Below, one piece after another: positions 23,175 through 35,246 of a DNA stretch of 36,229 bases (position 1 is the stretch's first letter; each line of letters begins with the position of its first letter). A program made the translations under genes and the position numbers. The notes beneath the pieces are model-generated. The model ran no database searches and was not told the DNA's origin. It saw nothing but the letters and a program-made list of their open reading frames with translations. The stretch is from Guillardia theta CCMP2712 (taxonomy: Eukaryota > Protista > Cryptophyta). The stretch lies in assembly GCF_000315625.1 (NCBI RefSeq), contig NW_005434400.1:1-36229 (forward strand). The letters are read 5' to 3'.

Positions 23175-25531
23175 ATGGGAATGGGGTGGAGAACGTGTGC
23201 AGCAGCAATGGCGATGGTGGGGGCGGCAGAGGCGCTCGTAGGAGGAGGAAGAGGAGGATCAAGACATGAAGTCATGCATGGCGCTGCGAGATTTGACCCG
23301 AGAAGCTCGAGACGACCGACAGCAAAGGGGACTGGAGATGTTTGGGCTGAGGAAAGGAAACTGGCGGCTGCCATGGAGCACATGATAGTTAGAAAGGTTG
23401 GTCTGCGACGATGGTTAGAGGAGAGGCGGGACTTCTGGCCAACTGAAGTAGCATCAGAGAGGCGACGTGTGGAGATGGAAGAGGAAAGGAAGGAAGACGT
23501 TCTAAGACGGGAAGGCTGGGGAGAAGGAGGAGGAGCAATTGACGGATTCGAGAAGCTAAAGAGAGCAAGATGGGAGGAGACAGCAATGTCAGACATCAGA
23601 GACTCTCAAGGTGATGGAGAAAGAGGAAAGGGGCTGATAAGATACATCCAAGACAACGGTGATGTAAAAGAAATCGACACTCGAAGCTGGCCGACGATTA
23701 CCCTTGGGTCGAATGACGAAACTCTGCGAATACGAGGAGGTGGAAACGAGAAGACCGAGGACAAAGAAACAAATATGGTCAAGAAAGACAATAACTTCAG
23801 GTGGAGGTCCATGTTGGATAACGTGGTGGTCATCGAAATGAAGAGGAAGGATGGTCTCGTAGACAGATTCTCAATCTCTGGAATCGTGTTGGATTGTTTT
23901 CTTGCTAGTCAGGTGTGTTCACAACCTCAACAGTTGCCCTATGTTCCTGCTTGAATCGGATTCTAATTCTTGCTGTTCAGATGCTTGTTGCTGTCCAAAT
24001 TCTTGTAGATTTCTTCATCGCTATTCCTGTACTGAAGTTGTACTCTCAAGTACGCATGTTCTTGCTCATTACCTGGAGGTTTTGTGACGACGTGTCAGTT
24101 TGTTGTGCAGCTTCTGTTGCCAAGCATGAGCGAGTTTCCAGCAATCGCAGAGATGTCTATCATGGCTTGTCACTGGGGGTTGCGGTGAGTCGACAGTTTT
24201 CTTGAGTGCCGTATGACCTGCACCAAGGTTATCAAAATCAGTCCTTTCTGCTCTGTTTGCAGGCTGGTTGATTGCTAAGTTCTCTCAATGCGGTTATGCT
24301 TTCCAGTCTCCTCTCGTTCCTGTTCGTTTGTCTCGTTTGCCTCCTTCTATCCCATCTGACATGTCTACAAGACGGTCTACGCTTCCTTCTCTTGTCTGTA
24401 TAGTACTTGGTCCTTTCTTAAACAGATGGCGGTGGATGAAAGTAAGCAGTGTTCATCTCTTTTTGCAAGACCTCACGACGCGTATCAGGATTTAAGAGTA
24501 CTCTGACTTTCTCTGGCATTTCTTTGCGGTTTCTATCGTGTGAGGTGAGGCACAGTTGCTGGTTTTTTCGTGTTGGTGACGTGAGCTGGCTCAGATTCCT
24601 GGTCTGCTTTTCTTCATTTGGGCTGCTTGCAGTAGGCGTGACGGAGAGCCGCTCACGATGAATCAGCTTGTTGGGCTTGACTCTCAAGGCCTCGGCAAAT
24701 TCCTTTCGGACTGGAAAGGAGGAAAACTTTCGCTGCCTCTCCACCTACCGATGAAGGATCTGCCTCGTCATTCAGCTTGCGACTGCTGCCCTAGTTCTCC
24801 TGCACGATCTTCAGCTAGAGTCCCCAACTTGACTCGGAGTGAAGACGCGGAAGAGTCGAGCAGTGCGCGCTACCTGCGCAAGGAGCTTGAGAGTCGACGG
24901 CAGGAGGTTGCGGAGCTGCAGGAGCTCAAGCGGCAGCTGCTGCGCTTGGAGTTGCACAAGGCGAAGCTCACGCAAGAGGTTGAGGCGTTGCGTCTTTCCC
25001 GGTTTGATGGACTCATTGGTGCTCAACAGTGCGAGAAGCTGAGAGAAGAGGCAGGAGGCGGGGGAGCAGGAGGATCAAAGGTATGCGATCATCTTGGTAC
25101 CCCTCAGTCATGCATGTTTACAGCTGTCTCGTCCCGATGCAGCCCATCTAGTCCAACAGCTCGACTCCAGCAGGCGGCCGAATGTGATGAAACTTGCTGG
25201 AGAATCTCGTCGGGATCTCAAGGTGACCAATCATACTCAGCGATCTCCCGCCCCGTCCTCCCAATTGGCAGAGGACGAGGCGCTAAGCTATGAGAGCATA
25301 TCCAATCAAACGGAAGAGGAGGAAGAAAATCTCCCGGCGAGTAGGCAAAACATGACGCTCACTGGCGGTCAACCTGAAGCCTCGTCGAGCTGTTTGGCGG
25401 CAAGGCAAGAGAGAGGCAAAGAGGCGTTGAGGGACAGGGAGAGGAGGCACAAGCCAAGGTGGAAGGGAGGACTCGGTTTCCTCCTTGCGCCTGCGATTCA
25501 ACTCGTGTCGCTTCTCAACCGTAAGCAGTAA
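23175..25531 (+). CDS. Hypothetical multi-pass membrane protein with signal-peptide-like N-terminus and C-terminal coiled coil, multi-exon
   Basis: ORFs 23175-23954, 24658-25293 and 25094-25531 can be linked through short hydrophobic exons with GT..AG introns. N-terminus AAAMAMVGAAEAL resembles a signal peptide. Confidence 0.55.
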
Positions 25532-25627
25532 AACCTTTATGAATGACATGAAGACGATAAGTCACGGATATATGAGGAGGTGCAAAAGGAGGGGTAGGGA
25601 AAACAAGGGAAGGTGATTGTTTGCAGA

Positions 25628-28438
25628 TCATTGCTGTTGAGCGAGAGTTTGCTGAGCAGGGATGCATAGAGCCTGTCGAAGTAGATCAGTTGCAATTGGA
25701 ATGAAGATGCATTACCAGGAGAGAAGAGTCGTCAGACAGGTCTTTGATGACCCGTGCAATGATTTTCTTTCCCCCGATGTCCTCTACGTGCTTCCTTACG
25801 GTCTCATTCTTGAAGATCATCTTATGTATCGCCCAACATCCAAACATCTGCACTCGAGCGTTGCTCGGGTGCTGCTGCATGGACGCGAGGATAAGATCGG
25901 TGCCGCCATGCTCGAAGATCGCCCACTTGTTCTTGTCATTGTGCGCGAGGTTGAGCAGGGCGCGGCACCCGCTGATTTGAGCTTCTTGCATGTGGAACAG
26001 CAATCGCATGCCCCTGATGATGGTCTGGACCCCCTTGCTTCTCGCGAAGACAGTCTCAAACCGTTGGTCGGCCGCCATGTTCCCCATCACCTCGCAAGCT
26101 CGCGAGAAGACCAAGACATTGAGCGGGAACCTCGAGATTCCCTCCAGCAGCCTCTCCAACCCGCCGCCAAGCAGGATGTCTTGACTTGTCCCGCAGCAGG
26201 AGGCGATATTGGCGAGGGCTAAGCTGCAGTTAGCAACCACGTTCTCATCCTTGCGGTATCGTTGGAAGGCAGAGAGGATGTTGGGGATGCCACCGATCTT
26301 ATAGATGCGCTTGATGACGGACTCGTGCATGGCCAGCACGCCCAGCACGTAACACGACCTTGACTGCACCGCCGCGCTGCCGCCATGCAGTTCCATGAGC
26401 TTGACCAGGAGGTCGATTCCGCTGCCAGCGACGAGTCTTGTCTTGCTTCCCTCGTTCCTGGTCACCAGCGTCGCGATGGTTTCCAGACAGTGATCACTGA
26501 CCTGTGCCAGATGTCATCTTGCATGATAGAGAGGAAGAGACGAACAGTCGCAGAGTTGAGGTGCATCTTGATGGCATCTAAGGCCATTTCAACTCCAGTG
26601 TCTTCCCCTTGCTTTCTCTTCGCCGATGGATCAGATCCTGAAAAAATGTCATACATGAATCATGGTGAATCATCGTATTCATATCCTACTGATCATCTTC
26701 CGCATCAGTTGACACCCAACTTCTTGTATCTACGAAAGCATTAGCAGTTCCTCCGAACTTCATCACTTCACTCACTTGTGCCTTTTCCATGTGCCTTCGC
26801 ATCGTGCTGATCAGCACCTCGTACTCTCTAGACTGCAGCAACCTTTGAGAAACAAGGGGAAAGGGCTCAATGAGAATCAGCTCGTTGAACGAGCAGCCAA
26901 CGAGCTGAAGATTGCTTGAGTCCTGAGCGACGAGGTTGATCATGTACTTGACCTTTTCTGCGGGTGTAAAATCCTTGTGCCTCATCGGCAGAAATTCATC
27001 GCAGTATCTCGATTTTGACTGCTTGACAGCCGCGTCGACCGCGTTGCGAATGTAATCTGAGTAATGGGAGAGGATGAGGAAAATGAGAAACAAGACCACC
27101 AAACTGATCATGTTTGTTCGGCGATCACTTTTGATGATTGTGATAGACTTGATCTGTTCTCTCCCTGCCATGATGTTCGACAGACGGGCTGTAGCCTTTG
27201 TATTCCCTTTTCTCTTTCGTAAGCTGCTGGAAGATTTCTGGTTTTCTCTTTGTTCATGCTGGAGTTGAGAGATTGTCTGTGGCAGGTAAGGAGCAGATGA
27301 AATTTTTTCTTCGTTAGAAATGTTTGTAAGCAAGAAAGTCAAAGAAATTTTGCTGAACTTGGGTCTTGATGCAGCAACTTGTTGGCAGCATGAAAGTATC
27401 AATTCCCAGAGGTCGGCAGGACATCTACTGGGCTTGGACAGTCTGACTCCCGATAGGATGGCGTGTTTCACTTGGTCTTCCTTGGAGCAATGAGAATAAG
27501 GCTCGATGCCATCTGACAAGATCTGCCATGTGACGACCCCGAAGGCCCAGACGTCGCTCTCAGCTGTAAACGTTGAAGTTCTGATGCTCTCAGGCGACCT
27601 GCGGCGGTAGGAAACCGAGGGCGGATCAGGAGACGGCGGCAGCAGAGAGGATACACTGGACTCTTGCGCTGGATGCCGCATGAGCAAACCGAAATCCGAC
27701 AGTTTGATGGACGTTGAAGAGATGTCTTCTTGTTCTAACCGCAAGCATAAAATGTTCTCTAGCGAAAGATTCCCATGAACTAGGCCGCCGCCATGTAAAG
27801 CTTCCATGCCTGCTACGATCTGAAGCAGAATGACCCTCATATGTGTCAGGCTTAGAGCTTTAGTTTTGATGCTTTCCTGTAACGTTTTACCAGAGCAAAA
27901 TTCATTCACCAGGTAGTTGCTGTTCTGATTGAAGCTCGTGCCAAGCACTTCGACTAGGCGGGGATGTCTGCTAATCTGCATGAGCAGCGAAACTTGCTCC
28001 ACGCAGCAGAGAGGATGCAATTTGACGACGGTGACTTGTCGTTGGCTTTGATTTGTCTTCATGCTGCCTTTGTACACCTGGTTGCCTTGCCGGACGCCAA
28101 GAAAGGTTGAGAGCTCAAGCGACGAGAATTGAATCTGCGATATCTTTTTACCTTCTAACCACTCGAGAATGCTTGTTCTTATTGCATGGTTGGGAATGAG
28201 ATTTTGATTTTGAAGCTCAAGGCCCGTCGAAGGACTCAGATTACTTCTTTTCAACCTGCGCAAACTGAGTTAGCTTGAGTGTATCCGGGGGGGTGTGAAC
28301 AAACCATTCTTCGATTGCTCGTCGCTCATAACAGTAGCCATCAGCTGTTGAAACAGGGTCTTCCATAACCTCACCTGTGATGGGACAAACAAACGAGAAG
28401 GGGAGATCTGCATCTTCCCGCTTGTGGCTTTCATTCAT
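25628..28438 (-). CDS. U-box + tyrosine-kinase-like (pseudo)kinase + TM helix + armadillo-repeat protein, multi-exon
   Basis: U-box (FVCPITGEVMEDPVSTADGYCYERRAIEEW...SPSTGLELQNQNLIPNHAIRTSILEW); kinase (HPRLVEVLG, VHGNLSLENIL, KLSDFGL, SPE, SDVWAFGVVTWQI); TM ISLVVLFLIFLIL; ARM repeats (GCRALLNLA, GGTDLILASMQQH). Confidence 0.88.
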
Positions 28439-29344
28439 CTGTCTTGTAGGTTTGCTTTGATTTATAAGTGCTCTGGGTTTTGATTTAAATAGGATAGAGA
28501 GCTTTCTTTTGATTCTTTCATTGCAAGGTTTGATGTTATTGCCTTGTTGATGTGGTTTTGTTCCTCGCTTCTTGTCCTGCTAAGACCATCTAACATGTTC
28601 ACCATTCTCCCATCGCAACTACAAATGTGACTACCTATCAATGATTTTATTTTTGACTGGATGCCTTTTACTCAAGCGCCTAGTGGCTAAGTGACACAAA
28701 CCTTCGGCACCTTTTTGCCGTTTTCAGATGGTTTTGCCTTAGAGGGGCCTGAAAATGAAGGGTGGGGGTAGTCCTACTACGGGTATTCTGAATAGATCAA
28801 AGATAGGGTGAATACTTGCCATTGCTGGGGGGGGGGGGGGTACTGGCCTTCCCGGGAAATGGCGCGCATGATATTTTTGAGTTTCTGTTCAATTTTCACT
28901 GCATTATACTATCTATCTTGATTCAACATCTCAATTGGAAAGAGTTTCTAGAATATGATATGAGCGAAATTGTGTCTTTTTCATTAGGTCTTCTCAGTTT
29001 AAAACCCAACTGTCGCAGTGGAGTACGTTCATTACTTGATTGCAGGTTTGGAGAATGAGTATTCCATCCATCACTGGTATGATCTTTCACGCTGCTCTGG
29101 TCTCCCTCGAGTTAGTAAAGACCTCAACATTTTTGGAATGCTCACTCCGCACTCCTCACATCCTCTTGCCTGCTGCGATATTGCAATGGGTTCTCCTGAT
29201 TCACCTGCCGCGTGTGCATGTCTCTGAGTAATTGTCTTGCTTCTCAGTCGAGATAGGCCTCTTCCACGCTTGAAAATGTTTCAGTGATCATCAACATTTT
29301 GGTGTGAGGTACCCCAATCACTTTCCTTACCATCTCCTTCTAGA

Positions 29345-29406
29345 GTTTAGGGTTTAGGGTTTAGGGTTTAGGGTTTAGGGTTTAGGGTTTAGGGTTTAGG
29401 GTTTAG
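29345..29406 (+). repeat. Interstitial telomeric tract (TTTAGGG)n, ~9 units
   Basis: Direct reading. Confidence 0.98.
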
Positions 29407-29473
29407 AGGGAGCCTGAGGCAGCTCAGGAGGAGAGCGAGGGAGCCTGAATTTACAGACCTGGAGAGGATCACA

Positions 29474-30055
29474 ATGGAGGCAGCATCTCCGTCAAGCCAA
29501 GAGGACATGCAGCTCGTCAGCGAGCTGTCAGCAGTCATCGAAGATGCAGCTTCTTTGAACGAGACGGGGACGAGCGAGCCGATCAAGCTGGTCCTGGACA
29601 AGGCTGTTGGCAACCTCCACGACACCTTCTACTCTCCGGGGAGCCTGGAGTTCATGTCGCTGGGAGAGTGGGCGAAGACGCCAGAGGAGCAGGGAGTGGG
29701 ACGCAACGTTCTCAAGGAGAAGCTGGGGAAGTGGCTGCAGAGCAAGCGCTGGACTCGCGTGCAAGGAGAGAGCAAGAAGGCAAGGAGGGGCAGCGCGTTC
29801 TCGCCACGGGCAACGGCAGCTGCTGAGCTTGAGCAGGAGGCGGAGAGCGACGACATCGAGCGTCGATCTCTTAGCTTCCTGTTCATAGCACTGAGTAAAT
29901 TCGCAGAGATGCATGTGCTGGCCTGCTCGCTGAAGGTGGACAAGAAGGACCGACTGCGGGTGGAGATGAGGGAAGATGATGAAGAAGAGGAAGACATTGA
30001 GGAAGAGCAAGGCGAGGGCGAGGAAGAAGACGGGGCGAGCCCGTACCGAGCTTGA
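29474..30055 (+). pseudogene. C-terminal 193-aa fragment of the telomeric element ORF (acidic tail)
   Basis: Begins with the same MEAASPSSQEDMQLVSELSAVIEDAASLNE found at the end of ORF 31559-32314, and ends like 34634-34747. Confidence 0.7.
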
Positions 30056-30082
30056 GCTGAGCTCAAGGTAAGGAGAGAAGGT

Positions 30083-30296
30083 AGGAGGCGACCGAAGGCC
30101 AAGGTGAGGAGAGGCAACTCTCCTGATTGAGGCTGAGGAAGCTGAATGGAGGAGGAGTAGGTGGCGACCGAAGGCCAAGGTGAGGAGAGGCAACTCTCCT
30201 GACTGAGGCTGAGGAAGCTGAAGGGAGGAGGAGTAGGTGGCGACCGAAGGCTCAAGGTGAGGAGAGGCAACTCTCCTGACTGAGGCTGAGGAAGCC
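30083..30296 (+). repeat. 3 x 76-bp tandem repeat in the element 3' UTR, each with an AGGAGAG-GCAA-CTCTCCT hairpin (repeated again at ~34775-34987)
   Basis: GGCGACCGAAGG recurs at 30087, 30163 and 30239. Confidence 0.9.
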
Positions 30297-30447
30297 AAGA
30301 GAAGACAGCAGAAGTAGAAAGTAGAAAGAGACCTCAGAAGCAGGGTTCGCATTGTAGGCCGTGTACTCCCAGTGCTCGCGCACCTCTTTAGACTAGGATC
30401 AAATTGCAAAAGCCCACAAGGAGGCCGAGCAACATTCTAGCATTCTA

Positions 30448-30464
30448 AGGGTTTAGGGTTTAGG
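30448..30464 (+). repeat. Short telomeric tract separating the two element copies
   Basis: AGGGTTTAGGGTTTAGG. Confidence 0.9.
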
Positions 30465-30614
30465 AGGCGCCGTTATTTTCGGCAGGCGCCGTTATTTTCG
30501 GCAGGCGCCGTTATTTTCCGGGCAGCATGGCTCCTCGCCAGGTGTAGGGGAAGCCGCCAGGGCGCCAAGGAAGCTGCAAGCGAGAGGTTTGTATACTTCA
30601 AATAGCTTTCTAAG

Positions 30615-32304
30615 TATGGTTCTTCAGTATGATGAAAATGTTCGCAACCTGCTGTATCGGAGATCATGCCAATACACGCAGAGCGGACTTGTGGATGCCT
30701 CTGTCCTCGAAGCTGATCTCGTCGAGAGGGTGAAGAGCTTCGCGAAGCGTTATCCGAACAGCAGGACAGCCCAGGCTTGCAAGGCTGTCCCCGGAGGGAT
30801 GCACCCCCGACGCTATCGCAGAAGCCATCCGCTCGACATGTCAGCAGGCACGACGTGAGCTTCTACAAGAAGCAATGACTGGATGGAGTGACGCATCCAG
30901 AGAGTGGTTTATGCAGCAGATTGAAGAAGCCAAGAAGGAGAAGGTCGAGACATACACCGCCTCAGCAGGCAACGAGGTGACTTCCTTCATCTCCATGACT
31001 CTCCTGGGCATCTCCTCGGTGTATGTCAACCATGAAGAGAAGTTGAAGAAGAAATTCGAAGAGATCGGACTGATCGTAGACTCAGTGCAAGAGAGTAAAG
31101 CAATCATGTGGAAGGCTCCGTATAGACCCGAGATAGCGAGTGCTGAGGAGATCCCGGTGACTGTTTCCTTCCTCCGCAATGCACAAGCGGAGAAGCTCTG
31201 GCAGGGAAGAGAGGACTTCGCGATCGATGGTCGCAAGACGGTTCACAGCTGTACATGTGAGCATCGTGCACGATCGATCTTTCAAGATTCGAGCCAAGAG
31301 AGGACCCTGGGGCAAAGGGGGCAGCTTGGCAGAGCTGACCCACCTGTTAACCTTGGGCGGCATGACAACGGCTGAGATAGCTGCCGTCTATCGCTATCAG
31401 CTGCTGCGCCAGTCCCTTGCAGCGGTCCAACTCCAGCCGCTGGCCGGCATGCTGGTCGCTGGGGCGCCAGCCTGAGGACAGCAAGTCCACAAAGGCTTAA
31501 GTTAGGTCAGAAAGGCTTCGTCGCTGTAGGGGCCAACGTCATCTGGAGACAGAGGGAGGTGGAGTGGATCGTCTCCTCGAGCTGCCCAGAGGCGAATGAT
31601 ACAGCATTTCGAGCTTTCCGAGAGAGCGAAGCGATGGAGGGAGTACACCTGACTCTGTTCAGCGAGGACCCGAAGATCAGAGAGGCGCTCGCAGTCGAGT
31701 TGACAGCTGATCGCTTTGTGTCCAGAAATAAGTTGAAGAAGGCATCAAGGATGCAGAAGAAGGCAGGCGGCAAGGACGGCAAGGAGATCAAGATCATCAT
31801 CAAGTCGACGGCGGCATCTGGTCGCTTCACGAGGAAGGAGATGGAGGGGCTGTGCAACGGCGGCAACACGTCCATCGCAAGAGTCAAGAGAGTCTTGTTG
31901 GAGATCGCTAACAGGCTCGAGATCAAAGTTGAAGGCATCGACATGGAGGAGGATTTGAACACCAAGTCCTGGAACGGGTCCAAGCTATGCATCCTCCTCG
32001 GCTCCACGGAGGATGCTCGATGCATGATGAAGCAGCTGCCCTTCTCTCTAGAAGGCGCAGCAACCAAGCTCGAAGCAGTCGGCTTCGACAAGGAGCCTGA
32101 GGCGGCTGGTCAGCGGGGCACCAGCGACGCAGCGCAGCGACAGGAGGAGAGCGAGGGAGAGTGGCTGGAGTTTACAGACCTGGAGAGGATCACAATGGAG
32201 GCAGCATCTCCGTCAAGCCAAGAGGACATGCAGCTTGTCAGCGAGCTGTCAGCAGTCATCGAAGATGCAGCTTCTTTGAACGAGGCGGGGACGAGCGAGC
32301 CGAT
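30615..32304 (+). pseudogene. Frameshifted 5' part of the telomeric element ORF (ORF1/gag-like role inferred)
   Basis: Consecutive same-strand ORF pieces 30589-30858, 30875-31375, 31179-31475 and 31559-32314. Reading continues at 34280 after removing the insertion. Confidence 0.6.
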
Positions 32305-34276
32305 CATTCTGTAGGATTTTGGGCAGGTAGGCATATACGCTATCTTGTAGGGTAGTCCCTGGGAATCGAGGGGTGGTTTAGGGATTTCAGTTATTTGTAC
32401 CTGGTAATTTGAGACCTTACGAAATTGATTTGAAATGTTCACTAGAATAATTTTTATTTGTCGATATAACAGTACAAAATGAAAAATATTTTATTTTGCT
32501 GCCTCCTTGTCCTTTACCGCTGGCATGATGCAAACCATCTGCAGTGGACCATGGATGAGAAGCAGTTGAGAGAGACAATGACACAGGTGAATCAGAAGCC
32601 CAACATGCATGTGTGCTGGAAGGCTTGCGACGGATGTGTGATTCGGAAGCTTACATGTGTGCTTTGAGTTTTTCAATGAGAGTTTTCCTCCAAAATATTT
32701 TATTTTGCTGCCTCCTTGTCCTTTGCTGATGTGGACCATTGGATGAGAAGCAGTTGAGAGAGACAATGACACAGAAGGTATCGCAGATATCTGGAAGCCA
32801 TGCAGCCCAATGATCGTTGTGAGAACATTCAAACGGATAATCTCCCTGTTTCACTTCCCTTGTTACAACACTGCGCGCTGGAGAGTTCACAGATACTCTG
32901 CAGAGATGACTAGCTTCTCAAGAGACTTTCAGATAGAATTCCAGCAAGAAAAGCATGCAGGCTTGATTTTGACATATATATTCCTGAATTCAAATGAATA
33001 ATTGCTCTGTCGCAGAAAATTATTGTTGATGCAAAGCTTGACATCTGACTTGCAGCGAAAAGCAGCACACTTGCTGCTCAGATGCAGAGATGTTAAACCA
33101 ATCTTTATTTGAGAGGACCCTCAACTTTGGTTTAGTAAACTATCATTAAGCTCAAATTCAATCTACCATATTGAGTGGAGGAGGTTATCTAACATATGGA
33201 AACACACTCTGACAATCTGATTATTACGATCAGAAAATCTCAAGTGTTGCATGAATCAGTATCGTAGACCATAAATTTTATAGGAGAACATCCGCTTCGC
33301 ACCTGCCTAGAACATTTAAAATGAGGCTACCTACATCTGATTGATGGTACAATGCAGCTATGAGGAAAGCTTAACGCATTTGGGAAATTTCCTCAAATTT
33401 TTCCTGGCCCAAACTTTCTTCATTGTCACGAGTCTTTCCATACCATCTTCGAAGAAGCAACATCCTCTTCATACATTTACATGTGTCCATGCTTCTTCAT
33501 ACGTTTGCATGTGTCCATGTTAACTGTTGCAGGTTCTGACAGAAATCCTGTGTAAACCTCAGAGTAAACCTCAGAATGTGCTTCATAGGGGTTGGGAAGG
33601 TAAATATGACTGGTCATCTGCAGGAAAATCTTCAAGGCTATTCAAAACTTTCCAAACATGAGGAGGATACGATTTATCCTAGACAAACACATGACGACAA
33701 CTCCTTGCGTTGTGTTGCTCCCGGCATGTAACATGCCAAAGCCCCATTGACGGTGAAATTCGCATCCTTGCTTGCCATGCAGTGTTGCTTGTAGAAAGAG
33801 AGTGCTTGGGATCGCGAGAGACTCTGCTCAATCATCACAATCTCATGCTCTGTTGTAGAATGATGCCATTCCAAACATGAATCCTCTTTGGCTGCGGTGG
33901 GACGATTTCCACCCTCCCCACATAGATTTTGGGGTAAGCAGTACAGGTATGTTGTGACATTCTGTACGGGATTGGAAGTTCCTGGTAACAATATGTAAAC
34001 ATCATGTATGTGTTTATATATATAAAAATAAATAAAACGCAAATAATACAAATGTCTAACTGACTCATACAAAAATAGCTATGAGATATTTGAACAAAAA
34101 CACGCTGTATTAAAAACTAATTCAACGACCCCTCTCAAACAATCCAGGTACCACCACCCCCTTATTCAGGGGAAACCACCGGGTCATTAGTCATAACCGG
34201 TACTGGGAGATCGAGAACTGACAAAAAGCCACTTTTCCGAATTCCTGGTTTTTCCTGGGCGAAATCCTACAGAATG
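32305..34276. mobile_element. 1972-bp TIR DNA transposon (non-autonomous or decayed), 3-bp TSD GAT
   Basis: Left end CATTCTGTAGGATTTTGGGCAGG versus reverse complement of right end CATTCTGTAGGATTTCGCCCAGG (20/23 match). GAT at 32302-32304 and 34277-34279. Empty site GAGCCGATCAAGCTGG present in copy 1 (~29576-29591). Confidence 0.92.
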
Positions 34277-35166
34277 GATCAAGCTGGTCCTGGACAAGGC
34301 TGTTGGCAACCTCCACGACACCTTCTANNNNNNNNNNNNNNNNNNNNNNNNNNNNNNNNNNNNNNNNNNNNNNNNNNNNNNNNNNNNNNNNNNNNNNNNN
34401 NNNNNNNNNNNNNNNNNNNNNNNNNNNNNNNNNNNNNNNNNNNNNNNNNNNNNNNNNNNNNNNNNNNNNNNNNNNNNNNNNNNNNNNNNNNNNNNNNNNN
34501 NNNNNNNNNNNNNNNNNNNNNNNNNNNNNNNNNNNNNNNNNNNNNNNNNNNNNNNNNNNNNNNNNNNNNNNNNNNNNNNNNNNNNNNNNNNNNNNNNNNN
34601 NNNNNNNNNNNNNNNNNNNNNNNNNNNNNNNNNGGACAAGAAGGACCGACTGCGGGTGGAGATGAGGGAGATGATGAGAGAGGAGACATGGAGGAAGAGC
34701 AAGGCGAGGGCGAGGAAGAAGACGGGGCGAGCCCGTACCGAGCTTGAGCTGAGCTCAAGGTAAGGAGAGAAGGTAGGAGGCGACCGAAGGCCAAGGTGAG
34801 GAGAGGCAACTCTCCTGATTGAGGCTGAGGAAGCTGAATGGAGGAGGAGTAGGTGGCGACCGAAGGCCAAGGTGAGGAGAGGCAACTCTCCTGACTGAGG
34901 CTGAGGAAGCTGAAGGGAGGAGGAGTAGGTGGCGACCGAAGGCCAAGGTGAGGAGAGGCAACTCTCCTGACTGAGGCTGAGGAAGCCAAGAGAAGACAGC
35001 AGAAGTAGAAAGTAGAAAGAGACCTCAGAAGCAGGGTTCGCATTGTAGGCCGTGTACTCCCAGTGCTCGCGCGCCTCTTTAGACTAGGATCAAATTGCAA
35101 AAGCCCACAAGGAGCCGAGCAACATTCTAGCATTCTAATAAACTCACATAATAATGATAATAATAA

Positions 35167-35246
35167 TAGGGTTTAGGGTTTAGGGTTTAGGGTTTAGGGT
35201 TTAGGGTTTAGGGTTTAGGGTTTAGGGTTTAGGGTTTAGGGTTTAG
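35167..35246 (+). repeat. Interstitial telomeric tract (TTTAGGG)n, ~11 units
   Basis: Direct reading. Confidence 0.98.

Larger units (their letters stand above)
29407..30447 (+). mobile_element. Telomere-inserted element, 5'-truncated copy 1 (3' end of ORF plus 3' UTR)
   Basis: Bounded on both sides by TTTAGGG repeats. Near-identical to ~32140-32304 joined to 34280-35137. Confidence 0.8.
30465..35166 (+). mobile_element. Telomere-inserted element, long copy 2 (~2.7 kb without the nested transposon), RT-less, (AAT)n tail
   Basis: Starts right after telomere repeats with 3 x 19-bp AGGCGCCGTTATTTTCGGC. One long broken intronless ORF, 76-bp 3' repeats, AATAAA (35137-35142), (AAT)n tail (35149-35167), then telomere repeats. 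Confidence 0.75.

Noticed and set aside
30125-30230. Hammerhead ribozyme in the 76-bp repeat (CTGAGGA matches CUGANGA)
   Set aside because: Followed by GAAG/GAAT rather than GAAA, and I could not build stems I-III.
34328-34633. ORFs spanning the N run
   Set aside because: Assembly gap; the missing sequence is probably equivalent to ~29630-29937 of element copy 1.
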